This document shows, one piece after another, positions 22,891 through 36,515 of a stretch of DNA of 64,000 bases. Below the pieces are notes generated by a model that was not told the origin of the DNA, ran no database searches, and worked only from the letters and a program-made list of their open reading frames with translations. This DNA comes from Scyliorhinus canicula. Taxonomy: Eukaryota. The stretch is from the NCBI RefSeq assembly GCF_902713615.1, contig NC_052147.1, positions 166,946,410-167,010,409 of the forward strand, in the 5' to 3' direction. The translations under genes and the position numbers were made by a program. Positions within the stretch are counted from its first letter, which is position 1. Each line of letters opens with the position of its first letter.

Positions 22891-24672
22891 ATGGGAAAGG
22901 CAAGTATAAATCGGAGTTTATATATTGAATTGGAATTCTTCATTAAGTATTCCCTACTCTGAGAAATTATTGATTTACAAACCTGTTTCTTTCCACAGAT
23001 TATCTTTTACGAGGACAGGAACTTCCAGGGTCGGCACTATGAGTGCAGCAGTGACTGTGCTGACCTGTCCTCTTACTTCAGCCGCTGTAACTCCATCCGT
23101 GTTGACAGTGACTGGTGGGTGATGTATGAGAAACCCAATTACATGGGATACCAGTATGTTCTGAGCAGGGGAGAATATCCTGACTACCAGCGTTGGATGG
23201 GATTCAATGACAGCATCGGTTCATGTCGCACCTACCCATATGTAAGTCGCTTTTTTGTGATTCTCCCCAAATGGATATCAGGAAAATGATCAGTGTGCTC
23301 AACATTTGACTTTGTGCACATTAGCCCTGAAGAGTCATCAGCTGTTTTGGCAGGACTGATTTTAACTTTGGTTGGTGGTGGTTAACAGGTAGTTAATTGC
23401 GTGCTTCTCAAACATCCAGCCTGATTTACCAATCCACTGACATGTCTTTCTGACACTGCCTGAAGTTAGCATGAGCCCTTGGAAGTTTGCAGTTGTTGTT
23501 AAAGTGGACGAGTTTATCGTTAAATCAGCAGTAGTGCAAACTGGAAAGTTAGTACTGGGTGTCATGTCGACAACCTATTGCAACATGCAAGAATATTTGG
23601 GATATATTGGATACATTTATTTGTAATTAATCAGAGAACTGAAATCCACATTGATGCATTGACATTGCCGAAAATAATAAGGCCAGCTGCAGATAGACTG
23701 AGACATGATTGGCAACAATGTGGTGACAGACATATGCCTACTCACTCTATCTTATTGTAAATGTTTAATACTTTCTAGGAAAGAGAAAGTTGTTCCCACA
23801 CAGAGAAACAGAGAAACAAGCCGATCTCAATAGGAAACAGAAATATATACAGATTATTACTGATATTGATAAACCTCTGTCTGTGTGCACCAACTAATAT
23901 CAGCCCTGTGCACTCTTACACACACATCGCTGATTAACTGTTTAAAATTAGATAGGAGCTGCTTGTTGGTAACAAGTCTAAAAGATAATCAACCTCTTGA
24001 ATCGATGTTAGTAAATTACCTCAGCTTTGTTCTCATTGTTGATGTCATCATCAGGGCTCCATTAAAATCCTTCCTTTACAATGTTTCTCTTTCTCTACAT
24101 ATGCAAAATCATAGAATGTGGTGGTAGGGGTTAGCTCAGACAGGTGTGGTGGAGACTGATGCCAATGGTGTGTGTTCGATCCCTGTGATAGTCGATGAAG
24201 GGTTGGCCCCTTGCCTTGCCCCATATTTGCAGTGGGGTGGCATTCCTCAAACTATATAGTCGTTTGTCTCACTCCCTCTTTCTCTAATAGACAGATGCCC
24301 ACAGCCTCTTATGACCACTAACTCATTACCTAACAGTACATCTATCAAATCTGTATTTGTAGTTTCATCAGTAATACCATCACATTTCTATTATAGCACC
24401 AAGGAGATTCCTACAGAATGAAGATTTACGAGAGACCTGACTTTGGAGGACAGATGATGGAATTCATGGATGACTGTCCATCTGTCTACGATCGTTTCCG
24501 TTACCGTGACATCCACTCCTGCCATGTGATGGACGGTTACTGGAACTTCTATGAACATCCCAACTACAGAGGCCGACAGTACTTCATGAAACCCGGTGAA
24601 TACAGGAGATACAGCGACTGGGGTGCCTCTTGCTCAACTATTGGATCTTTCAGGCGAATGAGAAATTTCTAG
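22891..24672 (+). CDS. CRYG: Gamma-crystallin copy B; join(22891..22899,22999..23241,24397..24672), 175 aa
   Basis: MGK | [11 protein letters not shown]...SCRTYPY | [16 protein letters not shown]...GSFRRMRNF*. Intron 1 GC-AG, intron 2 GT-AG, TATA at 22824, AATAAA at 24701. Confidence 0.96.
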
Positions 24673-24782
24673 TCTGTCACTGTAAAAGATTTGTCAGCAT
24701 AATAAAATCCCTTCTATTACACTGCCATCTGATTTAATTCACTTATTTTTACTTCAGAGCGATTGTGCAAAACAGTCCCGAT

Positions 24783-25103
24783 TGTTATGTTACTGGAAAG
24801 AATGCTAGAAGTCGTCCAGTAGTTGAAGGAAGATTTATCGTGCTACACAACTTAAATGATTGCGTGAGCTCTTGCCTACAGAACTGCACTTGTAAAGGTT
24901 ACACTTCTCTATGCTCTGCAACTAGGCCTGACCACACTAGCAGCCCTGAGCTCACTTCCGTCCCTGTTCTCCTCACCGTCTCTTCAGCCAAAGTGAGGGG
25001 GAGGGCCTTCGGCGTCACTCTTATACGTCCCTGTGCTGCCCCCTGGTGGTATTTCCATTTCCCATCAGCCCCTTCTATACACACTCAAGTGAAGATCACG
25101 ACA
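24783..25103 (-). mobile_element. Probable solo LTR just downstream of crystallin copy B
   Basis: TGTTATG...CACGACA termini; imperfect 5-bp TSD CCGAT/CAGAT. Confidence 0.55.
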
Positions 25104-25340
25104 CAGATATCTGCTGGCCTCATGCAGAATATTTCACCGCAAGCATCTTGGTGATATGATTATCAGTGAAATAAGTAATTTGAGGAGCAGAAAATGTGTG
25201 AATCATGAGATACACAAATGCTGTGAAGTAGGCAATAGTGCAATCCGCTGTTGATGTTGCTGGAATTTGCACAGTTAATAAGGGCTCTTTTTACCCCACC
25301 TAAACTTCCTCCACTAAGGATTTGCAGTAGGGTGGCATTC

Positions 25341-26800
25341 CATCCAAGGATTCTATGGGAAGCAAGAGATGAAATTGCAGAGCCGTTGGCAATGATCTTT
25401 TCGTCCTCACTGTCAACAGGGGTGGTACCAGAGGATTGGAGAGTGCCGAATGTCGTGCCCCTGTTCAAAAAAGTGAATAGGGATAACCCTGGGAATTACA
25501 GGCCAGTTAGTCTTACTTCGGTGGTAGGCAAAGTAATGGAACGGGTACTGAGGGATAGGATTTCTAAGCATCTGGAAAGACACTGCTTGATTAGGGATAG
25601 TCAGCACGGATTTGTGAGGGGTAAGTCTTGCCTCACAAGTCATATTGAATTCTTTGAGGAGGTGACCAAGCACGTGGATGAAGGTAAAGCAGTGGATGTG
25701 GTGTACATGGATTTTAGTAAAGCATTTGATAAGGTTCCCCATGGTAGGCTTATGCAGAAAGTAAGGAGGCATGGGATAGTGGGAAATTTGGCCAGTTGGA
25801 TATTGAACTGGCTAACCGATAGACGTCAGAGAGTGGTGGTGGATGGCAAATATTCAGCCTGGAGCCCAGTTACCAGTGGTGTACCGCAGGGATCAGTTCT
25901 GGGTCCTCTGCTGTTTGTGATTTTCATTAATGACTTGGATGAGGGAGTTGAAGGGTGGGTCAGTAAATTTTCAGACGATACGGAGATTAGTGGAGTTGTG
26001 GATAGTGAGGAGGGCTGTTGTCAGCTGCAAAGAGACATAGATAGGATGCAGAGCTGGGCTGAGAAATGGCAGATGGAGTTTAACCCTGAAAAGTGTGAGT
26101 TTGTCCATTTTGGAAGTACAAATATGATTGCGGAATACAGGGTTAACGGTAGGGTTCTTGGCAATGTGAAGGAGCAGAGAGATCTTGGGGTCTATGTTCA
26201 TAGATCTTTGAGAGCTGCCACTCAAGTGGATAGAGCTGAGAAGAAGGCCTATGGTGTGCTCGCGTTCATTAGCAGAGGGATTGAATTTAAGAGCCGTGAG
26301 GTGATGATGCAGCTGTACAAAACCTTGGAAAGGCCACATTTGGAGTACTGTGTGCAGTTCTGGTTGCCTCATTTTCGGAAGGATGTGAAAGCTTTGGAAA
26401 ATGTGCAAAAGAGATTTACCAGGATGTTGCCTGGAATGGAGAGTAGGTCTTACGAGGAAAGGTTGAGGGTGCTAGGCCTTTTGTCATTAGAACGGAGAAG
26501 GATGAGGGGTGACTTGATAGAGGTTTATAAGATGATCTAGGGAATAAATAGATTAGACAGTCAGAGACGTTTTCCCCAGATGGAACAAACCATTACAAGG
26601 GGATATAAATTTAATGGGAATGGTAGAAGATATAGGGTGGATGTCAGAGTTAGGTTCTTTACCCAGAGAGTAGTGGGGGCATGGAATGCACTGCCTGTGG
26701 AAGTAGTTGAGTCAGAAACATTAGGGACCTTCAAGCGGCTATTGGATAGCTACATGGATTAAGGTAGAATGATGGGGTGTAGATTAATTTGTTCTTAATG
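25341..26800 (+). mobile_element. 5'-truncated CR1-like LINE (reverse transcriptase region)
   Basis: ORF 25251-26540 carries NYRPVSLTS, YMDFSKAFDKV, GVPQGSVLGP and FSDD; premature stop at 26538; closely related to ORF2 at 47505-50414. Confidence 0.92.
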
Positions 26801-26863
26801 ACCCTCTTCTAACATTACACCCTGTGTGCTTCATCCCATGTCGGTGCTTATGTAGTTACATTG

Positions 26864-27965
26864 TGATATACCATCAATTATGACACGAGAGTGAGATCAA
26901 GTGAATGAATGTTTAATACGCAAAGAACTTAGTGAGCCATAGACTTCAGTACAAACTGAGCGCCACCCACTGGACGCAACATTATATACAGCCGCGGGGA
27001 GGCAGAGCCAGGGGTAAGCCCACCAGGGTTCCAACCCAAGCCTTAAAGGCATATCACACCAAACCTTAAAGGCATATCACCTAAATGGTGAATACATTCA
27101 CCACATTCACCCCCTGTTTAAAAAATCACAAAGTCCATCGGGGGTGATGTGGGATCAAATGTTCAGTCTATCAGGAGGCCTGATCGTCCTCTTTGACCTC
27201 CTCAGCTCCGGCGATGGTACAGTGGGCACAGACGTCATCGATGATGGTATATCCGGGAGCACAGTGGTCGGAGCTTCCGTCTGGCGTGTCGAAGAAGGTG
27301 GCGGAGAAGATGATGGTTGGCGGAATTCAGACCATGGAGAAAACCCTGTATAGCGCGATCAGATTAACCATCTCCGCTATGCGGGGAAGGGGATACGCAT
27401 CAAGCTGTGTGAACCGGTGTATGGTCTGGCTGTAATCCATGACCATCCGGTTCTTTCCTCCGGACCGGACTACCACCACCTGTGCCCTCCAGGGGCTGTT
27501 GCTGGCCTCGATGACCCCCTCTCTCAAGAGTCGCTGGACTTCTGACTTGATGAAAGTTATATCCTGGGCACTGTACCGCTGGCTCCTGGTGGCGATGGGC
27601 TTGCAGTCGGGGGTGAGGTTTGCGAAGAGTGAGGGGGGGGGCAACCTTCAGAGTCGCGGGGCTACAGACCGTGAGGGGGGTAATGGTCCGCCGAACTTCA
27701 GAGTCAGGCTTCGGTGGCTACATTGAAAATCCAGACAAAGCAGCAGGGGTGTGCAGAGGTGAGGGAGGTCATAGAGTTTAAAGCGGGCGGATTCAGCGCC
27801 CTGGACCGCGAGGTCCACGATACAGTACCCCCGAATTCGGATGGAATGGGACCCAGAGGCGAGGTTTGGGAGGCAGGGTAGGTGCGCAGGGAGCAGCGCC
27901 TTACCGTTTCTGGATGCACTAAACTCTCCATGCACCCGGAGTCAAAGAGGCAGGGGGTCTCGTGC
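26864..27965 (-). mobile_element. Internally deleted Gypsy-like LTR retrotransposon: 3' LTR (26864-27105), PPT, RT N-terminus and protease remnants
   Basis: Minus-strand PPT AAACAGGGGGTGAA precedes TGTGGTGAATG; LLREGVIEASNSPWRAQVVVV..RMVMDY..LDAYPLPRI; protease motif LFDSG. Confidence 0.8.
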
Positions 27966-28540
27966 AGCTCCTGCATTTGTTTGTCATTGATTGGAAGATT
28001 CCGCAAAAGTCTCCAGTGAAAAAATAGTTTAGGTGAGGCAGTTATCTTGAAAACCACCAGCATGAGTTACTGCCCAAGTCCTTATTACACCTGTTCTTCA
28101 TGGAGAATCTGACAAATGTGAGCTACAACATCCCTGGACAAGCAAAGGTACCTACAACATTGTTTTGTACTCATCTCCATGAATGAACAGCGTCTTCCGT
28201 GCCACTGGTCTTCATTGAATTTGTTCCTCTTCAGAAGCAGCTTGGGCTTCTTAGGGTCCGACTTCGCCTTGCTGCTGAGGCCACTCCTCCTCCTGGACCT
28301 GTGCCAATCAGTGATGGACCCTTCTTCGGCTGCAGCCTGCATTCTCCAACCTTCTTTATGTCGGTCAACGAATACATTATAGAATTTTTTTTAACTTTCC
28401 CTGGACTGGTTTCCTCCACCTCCAAGCCAGGAGGCCAGTGAAAAGCCCTTGCCCTGGCTTCCATCTATACATGGCATCCTCAGACCCTCACCTGCAGGCG
28501 AAACACATCTGTTCCAATACCCTGGGCAAGTGCACAGTCA
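27966..28540 (-). mobile_element. Harbinger transposase N-terminal remnant
   Basis: RCSFMEMSTKQCCRYLCLSRDVVAHICQIL resembles the other transposase remnants. Confidence 0.55.
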
Positions 28541-29632
28541 ATTCAAGCCCCACATGCTCCAGAGTCACAACACAAGTGAATTAACTGATAAATCTTAAAA
28601 AAAGACCCCATTGACACTGTGTCCAATAATTACAGTCACCAGGTTTGTAAGTGTGAACACAATTACTATTTATTTATAACTAGAACTAATATGTAATATG
28701 CAGTGAATACAGTTAATTGAATGTATTTTAACTTCTAAGACCCTGTTGACTACCCCACACTTTTCACACACACGCAATACAGACAAACACAGAGGAGAAG
28801 GAAAAGGTTGAAAACATAATAAGGATAAAAGGCAAAAGATGAGGGTCTTTTCTTCGGATGATGAGTTCTTCAGTGCACTCTCTTCTCAGTATGACTGTGG
28901 TTTAATGTGTCTAACCTACAACCCATAATGATCTTCCTTGTAGTTAGCAATATTTTATTCACAGCTTTCCCAGGAGAGCATTAGATAGCCTGTTCTGGAG
29001 AGAGACTTATCAGATTCTGGTCATGGCTTGCACCAGCCATTTCTGAAGAGAGAGGTGGTTCTCACACTGGCCTTTTCTTGAGAATTAATGTAAATGTAAT
29101 GTAAATCGCTTATTGTCACAAGTAGGCTTCAAATGAAGTTACTGTGAAAAGCCCCTAGTCGCCACATTCTGGCGCCTGTTCGGGGAGGCTGTTACGGGAA
29201 TCGAACCGTGCTGCTGGCCTGCCTTGGTCTGCTTTCAAAGCCAGCGATTTAGCCCTGTGCTATTAACTGAATATACCTGTTGGTTAGATTCCTCCATCCA
29301 GCCTGCAGAACTAAAAGTGAAATGAAACACAAGCCTTGTGACCCTGTGAAACATTCCAAAAGGATAATATGCAATCACCATCACCTGTTACCGGGCAGAC
29401 CACTGTCCCCTCGGCCCATTCATTGGCCGCCAGCCACATCAATCAATCTGATTCATCACTGATATCAGTCTAAACAGCACGGCCTTCTGGATCTTCCTGT
29501 TTGAATTAAAGGTGCAGCCGGCTTTGCCATAAAATCACAGACCCATTAAACATCCATTGATCAAAAATGTAACGGCAGAAATAAAAGAGGAAATAAGGGA
29601 ATAAACAGGAACAAACTGGAAGGACCTTAACA
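28540..29632 (-). repeat. Interspersed LTR-like repeat, related to 5530-5965 (+)
   Basis: Shares TACAAACCTGGTGACTGT and ATTCACTTGTGTTGTGACT blocks in opposite orientation; contains a SINE at 29085-29265. Confidence 0.45.
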
Positions 29633-31085
29633 CATCCTGGATGACCACAGGTAGCTGATCTTCCCCTTCAGAAATAACTGCATTCACAGAGAGGGTCTTG
29701 ATCAGGACGAATACAGCATGTGCGAGAACCCTCCTTCAGCCAATTGTCAGCTTGCCTCAATGAGCCTAGACATTCACGATAAAAACTATAGCCCTGTAAT
29801 AATGTCATGACTTTAGGATTGCGCCATTAACTGGGAATATTGAGACTTGGTGTGAGCATGTTGCTTCTGCGCAACAACCATAGCCCTTGAATGATTTATC
29901 CTCCATCCCTTTTTACATCCCCCTGTCAGGTACAAATGGCCAATCACACCAACTCTAATGTGGTTCCAAATCTAAATAGATTCTCAGATGAATGCCCACC
30001 ATTAGTCCATGAGCAATGCTCCTTCAATGGGCATTTGATTCACAAAACCGATATTCAGCTAGGCCTTGTTCTTCATGGCTTGAGCAAATAACTAATAGGG
30101 TTCCCTTTCGCTTGACCAAAAAGTATACCTGACCTCCTCCCACTCGCATCCATATCATTTTCTTCATGCTCTTTTTTCTAACTTTGTCATTACTCAGTAA
30201 AAACAAAGATGGTGTTAACATTTATGAGTGCGGCCAGCACTTTCCACCCTTCCCTTGTCACCCATCAAGTTTCTCACATCCTCCTCCACAATCACCTCCT
30301 CCTAATTCCATTCCCTCCTGTAAACATCTCCCCCAGTTGACCTGGACCTCAGTCTGGTTTGTGGATTTTCGAGTTCTCTCCTGTTCCCTTCAATGTTGAG
30401 GTCCCTATGCACTTTGCTGATCTGATCCCTGCCCTTCTCGAGGCCACCTTCAGTGTTACTTGCAGAGATCCCCGATGTGAGATAATCTGATATCCCTCCA
30501 TTTACTGACTTACTGGATCCAAACGCCTCCCCTGAATGTGACTGTTTCCTCGGCATCTCAGTACCTTGCCTCAAACCCCCAGAACTGAATGCCTTAGTTG
30601 ACTGACCACACCCTACACACAATTCTGTGCATGCCCTTTACTGCCCATGGGGGCTTTCCCTTACACCAAACTGGGGCCAAGACATGTGGGCCATGCAGAG
30701 TCCTCTAACATGGCTCAGATAGTGTGGCCTCATGCCCCACACAGTATCTTAAGCATGCCCCCTGCACACCCTGTCTCCCTTCCCCTCTGGCCCACCCATC
30801 CCAACTTAATGCTTCCTGCATCACACACTTCCATTCTGGTCCTTTCCCTGGCTCAAGCCTTTCCTCTGTTTTGCCCCTCGCCACTAGTTCTTATGTACAG
30901 AGATTACAGGGAGTAAAAATCTAAGTCTGAATCAGCAGATAAGGCTGGAAGTTACAAAAATAATAAAAGGATGGAACTAAAGGTTGTGTATCTGTATGCA
31001 CGTAGCATTGGAAACAAAACAGATGAAATGATAGCACAAAAATAAGTAAGTAACTGTGATCTTATAGATCCATTGCGGGCAATTA

Positions 31086-32745
31086 AACATAAGAACATAA
31101 GAACTAGGAGCAGGAGTAGGTCATCTTGCCTCTCGAGCCTGCTCTGCCATTTAATGAGATCATGGCTGATCTTTTGTGGACTCAGCTCCACTTTCTGGCC
31201 CGAACACCATAACCCTTAATCCCTTTATTCTTCAAAAAACTATCTATCTCTATCTTAAAATCATTTCATGAAGGAACCTCAACTGCTTCACTGGGCAAGG
31301 AATTCCATAGATTCACAACCCTTTGGGTCAAGAAGTTCCTCCTAAACTCAGTCCTAAATCTACTTCCCCTTATTTTGAGGCTATGCCTCCCAGTTCTGCT
31401 TCCACCCGCCAGTGGAAACAATCTGCCCGCATCTATCCTATCTATTCCCTTCATAATGTTATATGTTTCTATAAGATTCCCCCTCATCATTCTAAATTCT
31501 AATGAGTACAGTCCCAGTCTCCTCAATATCTCCTCGTAATCCAACCCCTTCCGCTCTGGGATTAACCTAGTGAATCTCCTCTGCACACCCTCCAGTGCTG
31601 GTACGTCCTTTCTCAGGTAAAGAGACCAAAACTGAACACAATACTCCAGGTGTGGCCTCACTAAAACCTTATACAATTGCAGTATAACCTCCCTCGTCTT
31701 AAACTCCATCCCTCTAGCAATGAAGGACAAAATTCCATTCGCTTTCTTAATCGCCTGTTGCACCTGTAAACCAACTTTTTGCGACTCATGCACTAGCACA
31801 CCCAGGTCTCTCCGCACAGCAGCATGTTTTAATATTTTATCATTTAAATAATAATCCCTTTTGCTGTTATTCCTACCAAAATGGATAACCTCACATTTAT
31901 CAACATTGTATTCCATCTGCCAGACCCTAGCCCATTCACTTAACCTATCCAAATCCCTCTGCAGACTTCCGGTTTCCTTTCCACTCTTTGCTTTACCGCT
32001 CACCTTAGTGTCGTCTGTAAATTTTGACACATTGCCCTTGGTCCCCAACTCCAAATCATCTATATAAATTATGAACAATTGTGGGCCCAACACTGATCCC
32101 TGAGGGACACCACTCGCTCCTGATTGCCAACCAGAGAAACACCCATTAATCCCTACTCTTTGCTTTCTATTAATTAACCAATCCTCTATCCATGCTACTA
32201 CTTTACCCTTAATGCCATGCATCTTTATCTTATGCAGCAACCTTTCGTGTGGCACCTTGTCAAAGGCTTTCTGGAAATCCAGATATACCACATCCATTGG
32301 CTCCATTATCTACCGCACTGGTAATGTCCTCAAAAAATTCCACTAAATTAGTTAGGCACGACCTGCCCTTTATGAACCCATGCTGCATCTACCCTATGGG
32401 ACAATTTCCATCCAGATGCCTCGCTATTTTTTCCTTGATGATAGATTCCAGCATCTTCTCTACTAGCGAAGTTAAGCTAACTGGCTTATAATTACCTGCT
32501 TTCTGCCTCCCTCCTTTTTTAAACAGTGGTGTCACGTTAGCTAATTTCCAATCCGCCGGGACCACCCCATAGTCTAGTGAATTTTGATAAATTATCACTA
32601 GTGCATTTGCAATTTCCCTAGCCATCTCTTTTAGCACTCTGGGATGCATTCCATCAGGGCCAGGAGACCTGTCTACCTTTGGCCCCATCACTACCTCCTT
32701 AGTGATAACAATCATCTCAAGGTCCTCACCTGTCTTAGACTCATT
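31086..32745 (-). mobile_element. 5'-truncated CR1-like LINE (RT region), nested in an older + strand LINE
   Basis: ORFs 31266-32306 and 32389-32811 carry RT motifs (YLDFQKAFDKV, GVPQGSVLGP, FTDD); (TTCTTATG)n tail; near-identical to 60757-61455. Confidence 0.92.
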
Positions 32746-33531
32746 TCCATCAATTGGGACAAACTTAATGATAAAATCTGAGTGCCATGGACAAATTGGG
32801 CTGAAGGGCATGTTTTCCTGCTGTAAACATCTATGACTCTATATTACAGAGTCTTGGCTGCAGGATGACATAGATTAGGACCTGAATATTGAAGGGTATG
32901 TGACATTTAGGAAGGGCAGGTGGTTAGGAAAAGTTGGAGGAGTGGCTCTGCTAATTAATGATGGAATGAGTACATTAGAGAGGGATGATCTAAAGTCAGG
33001 AAATCAGGGTGTGGAAACAGTTTGGATAGAGATGATAAAGACAAGAAGTCAATTGTTGGAATGATGTACAGGCTCCCTGACCTTAACCATACACTGGGAC
33101 AGGGTATAAAGGCAGAAATAATGGGAGCTGCTCAGAAAGTTATAGCGATACTCAAGGGCGATTTTAATCTGTAATCTGACTGATAAAATCAAATGGGCAA
33201 AGGCAGCGGATGTGAGGAAATCATAGAATGTTTTCAGGGTAGTTTCTTAGAATGGCATGTTCCGGAACCAACCAGAGATCAGGCTGGACAAGACCAGGTA
33301 TTGAGTAACGTGATAAGATTAATTAATTAATTTATTGGGAATTAATCCTATCACATTGGGTAGCAGTGATCATAATAAGATTGAATTTTACATTCAGTTT
33401 GAGGGAGAGATGAATGAGTCCAAGGCTAGTATTTTAAACTTAAATAAGGCCAAGTATGAGGGTGTGAAGGCAAAGTTAGCTAAAGAGAATTGGCAAATTA
33501 GGGCAATAGAGATGGAATGGCAGACATTTAA

Positions 33532-33751
33532 AAAAAAAATTAGATTACCCAATTCATTTTTCCAATTAAGGGGCAATTTAGCATGGCCAATCCACCTTCT
33601 CTGCACATTTTTGGGTTGTGGGGGCGAAACCCACGCAGACACGGGGAGAATGTGCAAACTCCACACAGACAGTGACCCAGAGCCGGGATCGAACCTGGGA
33701 CCTCAGCGCCGTGAGGCAGTTGTGCTAACCACTCGGCCACCGTGTTGCCCC
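33532..33751 (-). mobile_element. Short V-SINE subfamily with A-rich tail
   Basis: TSD AATGGCAGACA(T/G)TTAA at 33516 and 33752. Confidence 0.88.
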
Positions 33752-34618
33752 AATGGCAGACAGTTAAGAGGATATTTCAGAATACACAGACTAGATACAT
33801 TCTAATGAGAAAACTATTCCAAGTGGAGGACCCGCTATCCGTTAAAAAAAATGATAGTATCAAACTTAAAGAAAAAGTACATAATTGTTCAAAGTTGGGT
33901 GGTAGGTTAGAAGATTGGATGGAATATCAAAAACAGAAAAGATCGACCAAAAGATTGTCAAGGAAGGAAAAAATAGAGTATGAGTGAAAGTTAGCTAGAA
34001 ATATAAAAATGTATAGTAAGAGTTTCTGTAGATATTTTCAACCAATTAGTGACAAACCCAATGAGAGGCGATGCAATTCTAGGCCTCGTCTTGGGGAACG
34101 AAGAAGGGCAAGTGGATAAAGTGACTGTTGGCAACCATATTGGGGACAGTGATCACAATTCAATTAGATTCAGTATTACCATGGAAAAGGACAGAGATAA
34201 AGCAGGAGTAAAAGTTTTAAACTGGGGAAGGCAATCTTTTCAGGAATGAGAAGGGACTTGGCTGAGCTGGTCTATGCAGCACTGTTAGAGGATAAATCAG
34301 TAGAAAACTAGTGGAAAGCACTATAAAACGAAACCCTGAATGTACAAAGCAGACATGTCCACTCAAAAAATAAGAGTGGTATTGCTAAATCTCGCTCTTG
34401 GGCAGTCCCTCAGCATCGAGGATGATTTGCTTCCACTCGGAGGAGGTGGGTTCTGCAGGGGCTGAATAGTCCCTGCAGGATAAGATGTGAAGAGGACATA
34501 AAGAGGCTACAAAGGGACATAGATAGGTTAAGTGACTGGGCAATGGAGTGGCAAATAGAATATAATGTGGGAAAGTGAGAAATTGCTCATTTTGACACAA
34601 AAAATTTAAAAAGAAGCA

Positions 34619-34973
34619 TGTGACATTATAGGAAATGAACAGATGACAAAGGGTTAATGTAATGATGTAGATTACCACTAGATAGAGCTAATTACAGAAG
34701 TATATAAAGCAGTGACTCACAGATCTCTGATAGAGAGCTGGAGAGGAGAGCTGGAGAGAGCAGTGATAGTGTGCACAACAGTGTTAGAATATTGAGACGC
34801 GTGTAGTTGAGTATAGATTATAGAATAGTCTAGTGTTTACTTTAGGAGTAAGAGGTCAAACTTACTTTAAGTAGTGTAAATAAATGTTAGCATTATTTAT
34901 GAACTTAGCTTTTTTATTCTTTGTGAACACTACAACATTCATCCTGAGAACAAGAATCACAAAGAACAGCACA
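34619..34973 (+). mobile_element. Probable solo LTR
   Basis: TG...CA termini interrupting LINE sequence; TATATAAA at ~34701; AATAAA at ~34879; degenerate TSD AAGCA/GAGTA. Confidence 0.55.
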
Positions 34974-36515
34974 GAGTATATTATCTTAATGCTGAGAGAT
35001 TGCAGAGTTCTGAGATGCAGGGGATCTGGACATCATAATGCGTGAATTGCAAAACGTTAGTATGTAGGTACAGCAAATAACTAGGAAAACCAATCGAATA
35101 TTGTCATTTATTGAGAGAGGAATTGAATACAAATGGAAAGTTACCCAGGGCGTTGGTGAGACCACATCTGGAGCACTGTGTACAGTATTGGTCTCCTTAT
35201 TTCAGGGAGAATATAAATCTGTTGGAAGCAATTCAGAGAAGGTTTACAAAACTAACACTTGGGTTGGGCGGTGTAAGAGAGGAACTAATGAAAATGGTTT
35301 AATTACAACAATTTACAAAGGCAAATAAGGGATCGTAGGGAGTTTTTGAACTTATATTGTGTATTATACAATATATTATAACAATAGAGGAAAATTCCAC
35401 AATGTGGCAAAAGACACAAACGGGGCTAGCTGAATGCTTACACAGTGATAAAAGCCACCTGTGAGACTCTCAATAACGTTTTACAGTCCAACAGGTTTTA
35501 GTGACTATAGAAAACTTGCTTTTCCAAGCAACCTGCGAGGCCCTGAATAGCATGTTTTTCAGTCCAACTTGATTTTTCAGAGCCAACAACCCGAACATCA
35601 AGAGAAGAGTTAAGGGAAAGAGCCATCGAAAGATATGGGCAGAAAGTACTCACTCTGCCTGGGCGAACACCTGAAACTTGTTCAACATAAAGCTTGATAG
35701 ATACACTGTTCAAATGTAAATAATGCCTCTGCCTACAAATGTAAATAATGCCTCTGTCCTAATGACCTACAATGTATACATATTACTTGATTTCTCAGTT
35801 GGCTAGATTCAGCTCCGGAGATCCTTCTCTGAGGTTGTGTCCTGCTAATGCATTGGCTAATAAATTATCGTTCTGTGCCAGGGTCTCCTGAAATTATTTT
35901 GTGTAATAATCTGCTCCAAAGCAGGCAGGTTGTCTAATGATGAAAGGTTGGACAGGCTAGGTTTATAATGGCTGGAGTGTAGAAGAGTAAGAGATGACTT
36001 GATTGATTGAAACATAAACGATCCTGTGGGTTCTGGACAGGGTGGAAGTGGAGAGGATGTTTCCTCTTGAAGGAGTACCTACAACTAAGGGCCACGGTTT
36101 GAAAATAAGGAATCACTCATTTTGGACATAGATGAGGAGAAATGATTTATTTCAGAGAGTTGCAGACTTTGGAACTCTATTTTTCCAAAGGCAGTGGAAA
36201 TAGACCCAAGAATATTTTTGAGATAGAGGTAGATAGATTCTTGATAAGCAGGTGGGTAGGCATGGATGTTGGTTGCGTATACAATCAAATCAATCATGAT
36301 CTTATTGAATGGCAGAGCAGGCTCGAGGGGTCAAGTGGCCTACTCCCGCTCCCAATTCGTATGCACCTATTTTGTACCTCTAAGCAAAATAAATCAAACA
36401 AAACAACAATGTCCAGTTTATGACAGCACAGCAGAGTTCACAGTTGAAAGTTTTTGTCTGTTCCACTTTGAGAATAGCTCTAGTCTCATACACTGTTTCT
36501 CTTTTTAATTATAGG

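Larger units (their letters stand above)
30950..36365 (+). mobile_element. Old fragmented CR1-like LINE(s): endonuclease to 3' end, with multiple insertions
   Basis: LKVVYLYARSI at ~30975, ITESWLQ at 32844, GSSDH and GDSDH motifs, [16 protein letters not shown] at 35150, 3' tail at ~36340. Confidence 0.65.

Noticed and set aside
35711-35756. Short tandem duplications (also 4481-4508 and 27042-27080)
   Set aside because: Two-copy local slippage events inside repeats; no sign of function.
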